Shown: positions 51,216 to 64,000 of the stretch, in pieces
Layout: every line of letters starts with the position of its first letter
How positions within the stretch are numbered: the stretch's first letter is position 1
Origin: Octopus sinensis
Lineage: Eukaryota
Assembly: GCF_006345805.1 (NCBI RefSeq)
Contig: NC_042997.1
Coordinates: 138,632,001 to 138,696,000 of the forward strand
DNA: 64,000 nucleotides
Direction: 5' to 3'
The notes under the pieces: generated by a model
The model's input: the letters and a program-made list of their open reading frames with translations, nothing else
What the model was told of the DNA's origin: nothing
The model's database searches: none
Made by a program: the position numbers and the translations under genes

Positions 51216-51548
51216 AGAATATATGTATATATATATATATGATGAGTGTGTGTGTACATATACGCACAACAGGTTTCCAATCACCTTCCGTGTACATACA
51301 CACACACACAGAGGAACAGACATACACATACATATTTAATCTATATCTAAATGGATATGCCATGTGCGAATAACAACAGAATATACAACAAAACATCAAA
51401 AACATGAAAAAAAGACGAAAATTAAAAAAATGAAGAACGGATATATAAAGTCACCAAGTTACATAATATCGAATAGTTGGTCCTTTATGAAGACAGGTGA
51501 AATGAGAAATGACACACACAAACACGCACACACATTTATACATGCATG

Positions 51549-51579
<31 letters not shown>

Positions 51580-51789
51580 TAATGTGTGTGTGTGTGTGTG
51601 TGTGAGTGACAAGCGGTTGAGATATCGAAAAGAAGCATGGCAACTAGACGTAAGTTTACAAATATTCAGCCATAGAGTTCTTGACACAGGAGGAGAATTG
51701 AAGTCAGATTATGCTAACAGCAAACAACTTACCCAGTATGACATAATCTTTTCTTGCAATGATGCTATGCAGGACAATCTAATCTAACT

Positions 51790-53060
<1,271 letters not shown>

Positions 53061-53192
53061 GTACACGCACACACACACACGCATAGGCGGAGAAACAGAT
53101 AGATATGTATATCTTCCATCTCCTGAGCGCCTATTAATAATAATACTGTAATTGTTCCTGTTGTTGTTGTTTTTTTGTTTCCCTTTTGGATT

Positions 53193-53243
<51 letters not shown>

Positions 53244-53859
53244 TCAATAGCTAGATGTCTATATATACACGCATACACGCATATGCCGAATGGCGGTTCA
53301 AGTTGACCTGCTAGTCCTTCTATAGCAGCGGTTTAGCGGTTGAACTGAACCTCTAAAACATTTGACACCAATTCATATTAGCTTGTAGATAGAGACCTAT
53401 TGTAACTGTCGTCTGCATGTTCTTCAATTGCTGCAGCCGTGACATACATAGGCAGCAGTCGAAAACAAAAGCCTTGTTATCTAATGTCGTTATTTCGGTT
53501 GGGGGTGATATTGATAGTGGCGGTGGTGATAGTGACAATGCTGGTAGTGTCGGCATTGTTGGTGTTGTCATGTTGGTGTTCTTGTCGGTGGTACGACAGT
53601 TGCATATGGTGGAAGTCATGTGGTTTAATGGCGACGACGGCGTGAGTGATGGCGTCGGTGGCGGCGGTGGTGGTGAAGATGAGGATTATGTTGATGATTA
53701 TAGTGATGTTCGTGGCTTTGTCGGTACTGGTGTTGGTAGACATGGTGACGAAGGTGGTTTTTGTTGTTTGTGGTATTGATGTTGGTTTTGGCTGTGGATA
53801 TGGCGGTGCATAGAGGTAGAGGTGGTGGTGATGAGAATAGTAACTACGGCGGGAGTATT

Positions 53860-54500
53860 AAAGCTGGCATAATCGTTACCGCGCCGGACAAAATGCTTAG
53901 CGGCATTTCTTCTGGTTTTATGTTCTGAGTTCAAATCCCGCCGAGTCCGACTTTGTATTTCATTCTTCCGAGGTAGCAGTTGAGCACTGAGACTGAAACA
54001 ATCAACTTACTCCCAACCCCGAAATTGCTGGCCTTGTGCCAAAATTTGAAACTATTATTATCATTAAGGTGGCTAGCTGGTAGAATCGTTACTGTGTCGG
54101 ACAGAATTCTTAGTGGTATTTCTTCCGAGTTTACGTTCAGAGTTCAAAATTCACGGAAGTCGATATTGTTGTTGTTGTTGTTGTTGTTGTTGTATAGCTC
54201 AAGGTTGATTCAGATTGAGCAAAATTATTATCAGAAATATTCCAGTAAAAGCCTTTCGTTTCTTGAATATCACCTATCGTAATATATTGGTTTCAGATTT
54301 TGGCACAAGGCCAGCAGTTTTGGGGGAGGGGGTCAAGTAGATTAAATCGACCCTAATGTTCAACTGGTACTTATTTTATTGTTCTCGAAAGGATGAAAAG
54401 AAAAGGCAGCCTCGGCGGCATTTGAACTTAGAACGTAGAGACGAACGAAATGCCGCTAAGCATCTTGCTCGGCGTACTAACGATTCTGCCAGTTCCCGCC
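53860..54500. mobile_element. SINE-B copies (two plus, one minus)
   Basis: agctggca.aatcgtta...ttctgagttcaaat; minus copy 54290-54500. Confidence 0.8.
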
Positions 54501-55369
54501 CTCCGTATCGTAATATATTACGATAATTTTTTAAAACATAAGTTTTAAAACAATCTGGTATGATTTTATATGAAGGCATGTGATCCAGTGGCTAGGCTGT
54601 TAGGTCTTCGATTGTAAGGTTGTGGATTTGATCCCGGGTCGGGTGGCACGTTGTATCATTGTGCAAGTGCTTCAGTTCTCGTGGCTTTAGTCTACTCAGC
54701 TATGAGGATCCACTACTCTGTAGATTCAGCCCAGTGGTATTTCGCAATTGTTAGCACAAGATCTAGCTAGGTGATTACAAAACACTGGGGATGAGGGCAT
54801 GAGTAACATGAAATTTGACTGTTACTCCAGCTACGTGTGTGTGTGTGTGTGTGTTTGTGTGCATGTGTGTGTATGTATACACACACATGATATATATATA
54901 TTTGTAAGTATATATATGTGTGTGTGTATGTTTGTTTGTTTGTGTGTGTGTGTGTGTGTGTATGTTCATACGTACATAAGCGCATGTGTGTCTACGTGTA
55001 TTGACTGTTTTGTTGTGAAAGAGAGCTACTGCAGTCTATTGTTGTTATGGAGTGGGCAATTGTTGATTACTTCTAGTATAAGTAGTTTCATATATAGGTG
55101 ATGTAACTTCAAAGACGATACCCATATCCAAATATTTGTCGTACATATTGTGATTTGTAACATGCAGCCTAAAAAGTCTCAGTACGATGAATGATAACAG
55201 AGTTACATGAAAACTATAATGTATGTATTTATATATTACTAAGCCTCGATGCGAGTTAAAAATGTAAATACATTCTTTTCTATGTTGTTGACATGTAAAA
55301 CCGGAAGGAAGTATCTTGACGGACACGCCTTTTCTTTGCTGGTTTTAAGGGTGTCGCGAAAGGCCTGGT

Positions 55370-55532
55370 TGGAGGTCCAACCTTCCAAGTTTTATTGCAG
55401 GGCTTATAAAAACTGAAGGACCACTGCAATAAGTGTATGAATCTGAGAGAGGAATATGTTGAATATAAACATAATTAACTGATACTCCTGTATTTTCTTT
55501 TATTTCAAAACCAAGAACTTTCAGCTCACCCT
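55370..55532 (+). pseudogene. Mariner transposase C-terminal fragment and 3' TIR
   Basis: QGL*KLKDHCNKCMNLREEYVE (GI.KL..RW.KC...G.YVE-like), then aactttcagctcacccttg. Confidence 0.65.
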
Positions 55533-56395
55533 TGCATTTTCAATTTCCTAACTTATAGAGCATATCATCTACTATATAAAGTCGTTATAAATTTGGCTAT
55601 CACATTGCTAGGCACCATAATTTGCATGTATCTGCTTTTGGTAACTCGTCATTAATGAAACAATATCAATTTTATGCACAACAAAGAGAAATGAAAAGAA
55701 ATGAGATAAATCTAAAAATAGTAAGGGAAAAGGTGGCTATTTAAAGAGAAGTGAAAAGTAGGAGAGGACCTGAAGTAAGTAAATAAGAAAAATAGATAGA
55801 AAGACCGAATAGATTAAACAGAACAGGAGACACATGGGATGGAGAGTCGCTGAAGAGGTCACCGGTGTGTGACGAAAGATTTCCAGACAATGGGCATAAA
55901 ATAAGAACAATAATAAACAAGCGAAGAACGAATATGGAGTGCGTGTGTTTATTAGGCAAGATAGAATGACCGTTCCGAAATATAGCAATAAGTAAATAAG
56001 TAAATAGATAAATAAATAGAACAGTAAACTATAAACTGGAATGGCAGAGAATAAACAGGAAAAAAAATTATGAAAACGAAGAAAAAAAGAGAAGAAAGAG
56101 GAGAAAGAAGAAATGAAAGGCGAAAAATAATAAAGGAACAGAGACTGATAAAAACTTAGGCTCCTGGGAAGAGGGCAAAAGTAAAAAGGAAAAGAGAAGA
56201 TAGGCGCCGAATATAAGATCAGATTATTTAGAAAATTAATGGAAAAGATAGAAAAAGGAAGAACGGTTAAATGGTTCAGGCCATGTCTATAGAAGTATGT
56301 TTGACCACAATTATAGTACCTGTAACTTACTACCATGGGTACAAATAGCTCTGCATACTTGGAAGTACACATAGACACGTGCGCGCGTGTGTGTG

Positions 56396-56442
<47 letters not shown>

Positions 56443-56744
56443 TAAAAAAAATATGAGTGCGTTGCGTTGCGTTACATAATTAATATTTCAAGGATTTTGC
56501 GAATACAACAAATGGATTTAACAAAAATATAACAAACGGAAAATTCGTAGCTAACTCCTCATCAGTCAACATCCTAAAGATCGTTAAAATTTCGCGCCCT
56601 TATCGTTGATATTGTCCACTCTTGGTGGCACCAATTGCAAAAAAGACACTGGGAATAGCTAACGAACATACAGAACAATGACGGAAATAAACAAGTCAAG
56701 ATAAAATGATTATAATAATTATACATATAAAACAAAAAACGTGC

Positions 56745-57470
<726 letters not shown>

Positions 57471-57692
57471 TTTTATATACATATAAAATTGTCCTTGCCT
57501 TCGCACGTGGAATAGATGAAACAGGGACAACTGAAGAAGGGGAATATTCTTTATGTTGCATGTCTCGTTTCTCTGTTTTTTTCATTGTTCGAAAAAAAAG
57601 TTCGTTTCTATGTTTTCGTTTTTATGTCTTCGTTTCTCATTTTGTTCAACGTTTTTTGATATCCTGTGCCCATATATACATGTATATATATA

Positions 57693-57785
<93 letters not shown>

Positions 57786-58379
57786 ACATATATATATGTA
57801 AGTATGTACATATATGTATATATATATTTATATATTTATAGTATATATATATATATATATGAGTTATTTAGTTCCAAGATGCATCACATGGATCCCGTGG
57901 GATGTATCATAAGTGATATTTCGAGGGTCTCAGGTGCTTTCGAGTTGTTCATCATAAGAGCCCCCTCCTACTTCGCCCTGCTGGGTTTTTGATGTTGAGA
58001 GACCCGGAAGCCTCTTACAGCATATTATTAGTAGAGTAACAAGCCATGTGAATAGATAATGCAAGATAATTTATAGATAATGAGAAATACAAGAAAGAGG
58101 GTTTTAAATGAAATAAAATATAAATAAAATAAAATAAATGCGGATGGAGATGAGACGCGGCGAAATTTTTAGGTAAATAAATAAAGAAGCAATATCCTGC
58201 GGAATGATGTAAAGTAGGATTTGAAAATATGAATTAGAAAAAAAAATGTAATTATAATGTAATATATGGCATATACAACACCGCTTTCCAGGAACCTCTG
58301 GTCCCAAAGCATCTCTTGTTTATTGAGTTTTCCAAACCAAGGTCAACACACCTTAAATTAAACAAATATCGAGTTCAAA

Positions 58380-58590
58380 TTTTAGCACAAGACCTGCAAT
58401 TTCGATAAAATAAGAAGGGGTTAAGTCGATTACATCGGCCTCAGTGATCAACTGGTACTTATTTTATCGGCTCCTACAGGAAAGGTAAAGTCGATCGCGG
58501 CGGAGTTTGAACTCTGAACGCAAAGATGGACGAAATGCCGCTAAGCGTTTTGCTTGGCATGCTAACGATTCAGGCAGCTTACTGCCTTGA
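58380..58590 (-). mobile_element. SINE-B copy
   Basis: Core and head motifs as in the other SINE-B copies. Confidence 0.82.
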
Positions 58591-59006
58591 AAATCAAATG
58601 AAATACAGGTACCTGCACATTAGTATAAATGATACAGGTTTATTAATACTGTACTGTGCAAATGTACTAATAAACTAGTCTGTCGCTGCAATTTTAAATC
58701 CCTGCTCGTAAATTAGTGCAGATTATAAGAGCTTCCGGTCGGTTTTATAGGTGGGTGGGGGAACATATTAATGCATAAAACAGGTATTCGGAAGTTAGCT
58801 GTTCAATACATACATGTCAGTAAATGTTTGTGGAAAATTATTACATAAATTAGAAGTATTTGGTGCGAGATAAGTAAAGGTGAATTCACTGTACTTAGTG
58901 GAGGTATTATCAATAAGTCGAAATGTTATCAGATAATCAGAAACTGAGTGGATCTTGTTAATGTGTCAGAGAAGAATCTGATGGATTAAATCATTATCAT
59001 GTAGAA

Positions 59007-59614
59007 CAGTGGTTCTCAGCCGGGGTCCATATGACCCTTGGGGTTCTATGTAATATTTTGTAGTTAAAATTCATCTGCAATGAATTAGTGGCTTGCTTAC
59101 CAACCACATGGTTCCAGGTTCAGTCCCACTGCGTGCCACCTTGGGCCAGTGTCTTCTACTATAGCCTCGGGCCGACCAAAGCCTTGTGTGTGGATTTGGT
59201 AGACGGAAACTGAAAGAGACCCGTCGTATATATGTATGCATATATGTATGTGTGTAAATATATTTGTGTCCCCCCCCCAACATCACTTGACAACCGATGC
59301 TGGTGTGTTTATGTCCCCGTAACATGGCGGTTCGGCAAAAGCGACCGATAGAATAAGTACTAGGCTTACAAAGAATAAGTCCTGGGGTCGATTTGCTCGA
59401 CTAAAGGCGGTGCTCCAGCATGGCCGCTGTCAAATGACTGAAACAAGTAAAAGAGTAAAAGAGTATATTTATACAATACATAAAATATTTTACAATTTTT
59501 TAATACACTTCCAAATAGTATTTAATTATAAAAATATAATATGATTTTCTGAACATTGAATGGCTTTTAGGGAATCAAAAGTGTCCATAAGTAAAAAATA
59601 GTTGGGAAACATTG
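59007..59614 (+). mobile_element. hAT/Charlie-type MITE with perfect 8-bp TSD, carrying an inserted SINE-A (59085-59465)
   Basis: TIRs cagtggttctcagcc / agttgggaaacattg; TSD atgtagaa at 58999-59006 and 59615-59622. Confidence 0.92.
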
Positions 59615-59834
59615 ATGTAGAAGGTATTGTGAAAGGAGTAGAACCGCCAAGGAGGTTTCCAAATGTTCAAATATGAATGTAAAGAAGGTGTGAATAATAA
59701 CACTGTATTAAGTATGAAATATTAGGTTATGAAACTCTTGGTGTTTGAGACCTATTTCAGACTTACGTTGTTTTTAAGGATGTATAAAATAATGAAAACA
59801 TAATAATAATTGTAGTAATAATCCTTATTGCGAC

Positions 59835-60670
59835 GGGCACATGGCCTGAAATTTTGTTGGAGGGGGGCTAGTCGATAACATCGACCCCAATGCTCAACTG
59901 GTACTTATATCATCGATCCCGAAAGAATGAAAGGCAAAGTTGACCTTGGCGGAATTTGAACTCAGAACGTAAAGACGGACGAAATACCACTAAGCATTTT
60001 TGCCTGGCGTGTTAATGATTCTGCTAGCTCGACAAATTATAGCAATAATCTTTTCTACTCTAGGCACAAGGCCCGAACGTTTGAGGGAGGGGGCTAGTCG
60101 ATTAGATCGACCCCAGTACGCAACTGGTACTTAATTTATCGACCCCGAAAGGATGAAAGGCAAAGTCGACCTCGGCGGAATTTGAACTCAGAACGTAAAG
60201 ACAGACGAAATATCACGAAGCATTTTTGCCTGGCGTGTTAATGATTCTGCCAGCTCGACAAATTATAGCAATAATCTTTTCTACTCTAGGCACAAGGCCC
60301 GAAAGTTTGAGGGAGGGGGCTAGTCGATTAGATCGACCCCAGTACGCAACTGGTACTTAATTTATCGACCCCGAAAGGATGAAAGGCAAAGTCGACCTCG
60401 GCGGAATTTGAACTCAGAACGTAAAGACACGAAATACCTATTTCATTACTACCCACAAGGGGCTAAACACAGAGGGAACAAACAAGGACAGAAATAGGTA
60501 TTAAGTCGATTACATCGACCCCAGTGCGTAACTGGTACTTAATTTATCGACCCCGAAAGGATGAAAGGCAAAGTCGACCTCGGCGGAATTTGAACTCAGA
60601 ACGTAACGGCAGACGAAATACCGCCAAGCATTTCGCCCGGTGTGCTAACGTTTTGGCCAGCTCGCCGCCT
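59835..60670 (-). mobile_element. SINE-B array of four units, including a 226-bp tandem duplication
   Basis: tgcctggcgtgttaatgattctg at 60001 and 60227; junction gaaatacctatttc at 60431-60444. Confidence 0.92.
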
Positions 60671-60709
60671 TATAATTATAGTAATAATAATAAAACGATG
60701 CTGATGTTG

Positions 60710-61235
60710 ATACATATATGACGTATCAATGGTTGGCTGCATCTGGACTTAGATCAAAAACAAAAAGCTTCGTTATAGCAGCTCAGGATCAGTGTTTGTT
60801 CACTAGAAACCACCGAGTCGGCATTCTTAAAAAAGCTGCTGAGCCTGTCTGTCGCTTTTGTGGTGCAACCAAGGAAACAATTGATCACCTCACCTCTGGA
60901 TGTTCTGTCTTAGCCTCAAATGAATTTATTAATCATCATGATAGACTTGACCAGTATTTGCACTGGATTATATGTCATTAAGTTTAGACTTTCAAATGAG
61001 AATTGACAGGAGCATAAGCTTACTAAGCTAACAGAAAATAAAGATATCCCCATTCTTTGGGATTTTAGTATTCAAACTCATCGAGCTATTCAAGCCAATA
61101 GACCAAATATTGTGGTGAGAATCACATTGACAAAACATGTCTATTAATAGGCATTCCAACCCCAACAGTCTGCAACACTTCCGTAAAAGCATTTGAAAAG
61201 TTGAGTACATATAAGGACCTTGAAATAGGGGTCTA
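60710..61235 (+). mobile_element. R4/Dong LINE fragment (zinc knuckle + REL)
   Basis: ORF 60718-60981 FVIAAQDQCL...CRFCGATKETIDHLTSGC; downstream ILWDFSIQTHRAIQANRPNIVV. Confidence 0.88.
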
Positions 61236-61372
61236 AAAAAAACAAACTTTGATGAACAACATTGGTGTAATTTAGGAATCAAATCACTCAGGCCGTAATC
61301 TCCAGCGATTTAACACACAAGGTGCACAAAAACAATACAACAATCACAAAATAGTATTAATACTAGGGAAGT

Positions 61373-61634
61373 CAAAAACGGTGTTACAGGACAAATTCCC
61401 TATTTCAAAATTTGAGCTGCTAGTGATCTCCATGTATTTCGTATCCATGTGTGCGTATAACCATGTCAAAAACTTCACACCCACACACTAAAACACATTA
61501 AAATCACCAACATTCGCAAATTCGGGACCACAACACGAACTGCTACCAATGTCAAGCAAGCCAAAAACAGCGTCGCAGGACAAATTCCTCAGGTCAAAAT
61601 CAGAGCCGCTAGTGATCTCCTCCTATTTCATATT

Positions 61635-61677
<43 letters not shown>

Positions 61678-61752
61678 CCATGTCAAAAGCATCACACCCA
61701 CACACTGAAATACACTAAAAGTACCAAATCACAAATTCGGGACTACAATACC
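61373..61752 (+). repeat. Diverged tandem duplication (~190-bp period)
   Basis: caggacaaattcc...gctagtgatctcc...taaccatgtcaaaa...cacacccacacact...caaattcgggac occurs twice. Confidence 0.85.
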
Positions 61753-61902
61753 TAATAAAAATAAAAATAAAAATATTAAAAATATAAAAAAAATATAAAA
61801 AATAACAAACGATAAAGCTCCAAAAATACTTGCACGTATACAAAAGTTGGGCTGTAATAAAATATATATTGATTTGGGGGCCATTCAATGTTAATCATAT
61901 TT

Positions 61903-62955
61903 GGATCTGTTCAGTTTGGCTCACAGAATTTTTAATTAATATTTTATAACTAAACAGTTTGTTTGTATTCTTCTCACGCAGAACACAGTTTACTTTGAAC
62001 ATTTTTGATAAAGTTTGGTATTGTAGAAATTACTTCCTGTTAAAGTTGTCGTATTTGGGTAATTTCAACCAATCAACGACGTGCATTCCGTTGAAGAAAG
62101 TTACTGCTGTTTGCGATAGTAATCGAAGAGGAACAACTTCCGGGTCATCTCTACTAAATGTCACTACTCTGTTATATTCGTATGGCGAGCGGTCACCTTT
62201 ATCCTTTCTTCCTTTTTAGTCAGCACCATGCATTCCTTACTCTTTCCCTCCCTTCTACACTATCAATTAGCAACCAGCGAGCGAACTTGTCACTGCCGCT
62301 ACAATTACCGTATTTTCCGGTGTATAAGCCGCTATTTGTTTTGTTTTTACCTTCATGTTTTGATAATGTTATTTTTAATCTAACAAAGACTTTTATATTG
62401 ACGAAATGTGTTTGTTGCTGATTAAAGTAAGATAAAATCATGACAATGATAATACATCTCATAGTTGTAAAATAAGGTATTTTGAAACTACATACACGTC
62501 AATAACGAAAAAGCTAGCTGCTGACTCGTAGCTCTATAGGTCTTTTAAACACCGGTGTGCTTTATGTGTGGATAAAACACCGATATCGGGCAAACGAATA
62601 AATATATGTAAATAATATTTCTTCCTTCTTGGTGTTGATTCTTCGATGTTTACTGGTTACTCCTATGCGAGAACCAAAAAACAAAAGCAAAAAGAAAAGC
62701 GTGTAATATGCAACACAGGCAGTAAACAAAAAACGGAATAGAACAGAGTGATGCGATTTAGTAGAGATGACCCGGAAGTTATCCCTCTTCAATTATTATC
62801 ACAAACAGCAGTAGCTTTCTTCAACTGAATACACGTCGGTGATTGGTTGAAATTACCCAAATACGAAAACTTTAGCACGAAATAAATTCTATAATACTAA
62901 ATTTTGTCAAAAATGTTCAAAGCAAACAGTGTTCTTAACCAAACTGAACATATCC
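61903..62955. mobile_element. Non-autonomous element with ~220-280-bp TIRs starting GGAT(C/A), decayed 8-bp TSD
   Basis: ggatctgttcagtttgg / ccaaactgaacatatcc; arm cttccgggtcatctctactaaat matches the reverse complement of atttagtagagatgacccggaag; flanks tcatattt / tcaaatct. Confidence 0.88.
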
Positions 62956-63307
62956 TCAAATCTATATTCTATTTAACAATGAGATAGATATTATAGACTA
63001 GTAGTAAGGATTAAAGTAAAAATAAATTATTAAAGGACACAATCACAAGAATAAAAGAACCATCGGTTAAGTTTATACTTATAGTTATGCTTATATATAT
63101 TTATTTATATTTTGGTGTTAAGTATGGTTTACATAATGATTGTTATAATAAATAATTATACTATTATCAATTATCTGTTATTAGTAAAGTGGGTTATATA
63201 GGTGTTCTAAATATAAACAATTAAGAGGTTGAGTATAAAATATGTTGCTAAAAGCTAATATACAAATTGTAGAAAATTTAAAAAATTATCAAGTATTTAT
63301 GATATGA

Positions 63308-63382
<75 letters not shown>

Positions 63383-63464
63383 GTGTGTGTGTGTTGTGTG
63401 TGTGTTGTGTGTGTGTACTAAATATTAAGGTTTGCTGGATAATATAGTTATTTTCCATCTAATT

Positions 63465-64000
63465 TTATCTATACGTTTCCAAATAGTCCTGTGCTATTAC
63501 GTTTATTAATGTTTTTAAATGAGGTTCCATGGTTCGCTATACGATATTTCACGTAACATGCTCCAAGATAATTGAAACATCTACCTTCGGATTCAACTGT
63601 GACTTGGAATACTAGATTTTTGCGCTTGCAGTAATTATTAAATTTACAATTTGCTTTAACTCTACAGTTACATAAAGCATTTAGATTATTATTACCTGTG
63701 TCGGTAATATCTTTACGATTTCCTCTAGGTATAATATTAGAGACAGTTTGAGCAGGATGTGTATTCCTAGATGGTGTGGGAATACTTCTATTTATATAAT
63801 ATTCATCAATTTTATTGTTACTTAAAGATGATATTTGTTTAAATATTTTTTAGTTATAGAAAATCATATCCTTATTGAATTATCATACTGTGTTTAGTAG
63901 AAGTAAAATGCGTATTTATTATTGAACGAGTTACTTTGATAAGGTTTGTCTTTATTTGTCTTCCATAAGGTAAGATAAGCCAAATTATATTATTATTATT
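63465..64000 (-). mobile_element. Penelope-like element fragment (GIY-YIG endonuclease region)
   Basis: IIWLILPYGRQIKTNL..IINTHF; CNCRVKANCKFNNYCKRKNLVFQVTV...NYLGAC..RIANHGTSF..NSTGL. Confidence 0.78.

Noticed and set aside
51733-51778. Possible 46-nt minus-strand exon (ttag|...ctgg|gtaagt)
   Set aside because: Good donor, but the acceptor lies in (TA)n with no polypyrimidine tract, and there is no recognisable peptide or partner exon. RNA-seq would be needed.
53417-53860. Gly/Asp/Val-rich ORFs
   Set aside because: Degenerate GGT/GAT/GTT trinucleotide low complexity.
57920-57970. Minus-strand atgatga-acaactc-gaaagc, a minimal hammerhead look-alike
   Set aside because: Core C3 is missing and stems I and III cannot be formed.
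62308-62600. TA|ccgtattttccggtgtataag, a Tc2/pogo-like left TIR inside the GGAT element
   Set aside because: No convincing right TIR, so it was not listed as a separate feature.

Overview
AT-rich, microsatellite-dense eukaryotic DNA made up almost entirely of transposon debris. The SINE types and microsatellite load suggest an octopod cephalopod (inference, not a database result). No host protein-coding gene, rRNA, true tRNA or CRISPR array can be supported. Retroelements: many R4/Dong-type REL-endonuclease LINE fragments in two groups, one bounded by (TACA)n (0.3-8 kb) and one by (TAA)n (27.6-38.7 kb, 60.7 kb); a 3'-truncated L1/Tx1-type LINE; a nearly intact CR1-type RT region plus an older CR1 fragment; a Hero-like 3' end; a Penelope-like GIY-YIG fragment. 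DNA transposons: mariner, Tigger/pogo and three hAT transposase relics, plus several MITE or fold-back elements with TIRs, some with clear TSDs. There are dozens of tRNA-derived SINE copies, labelled here SINE-A/B/C/D. Best leads: apparent (TACA)n-targeting R4 elements with a nested insertion; SINE-B multimers that always join at the same anticodon-loop-like position; a permuted hammerhead-like motif set in the Hero 3' UTR; CR1-SINE 3'-tail homology; SINE head/tail swapping; four long inverted repeats. Coordinates of degraded elements are approximate and were read by eye.
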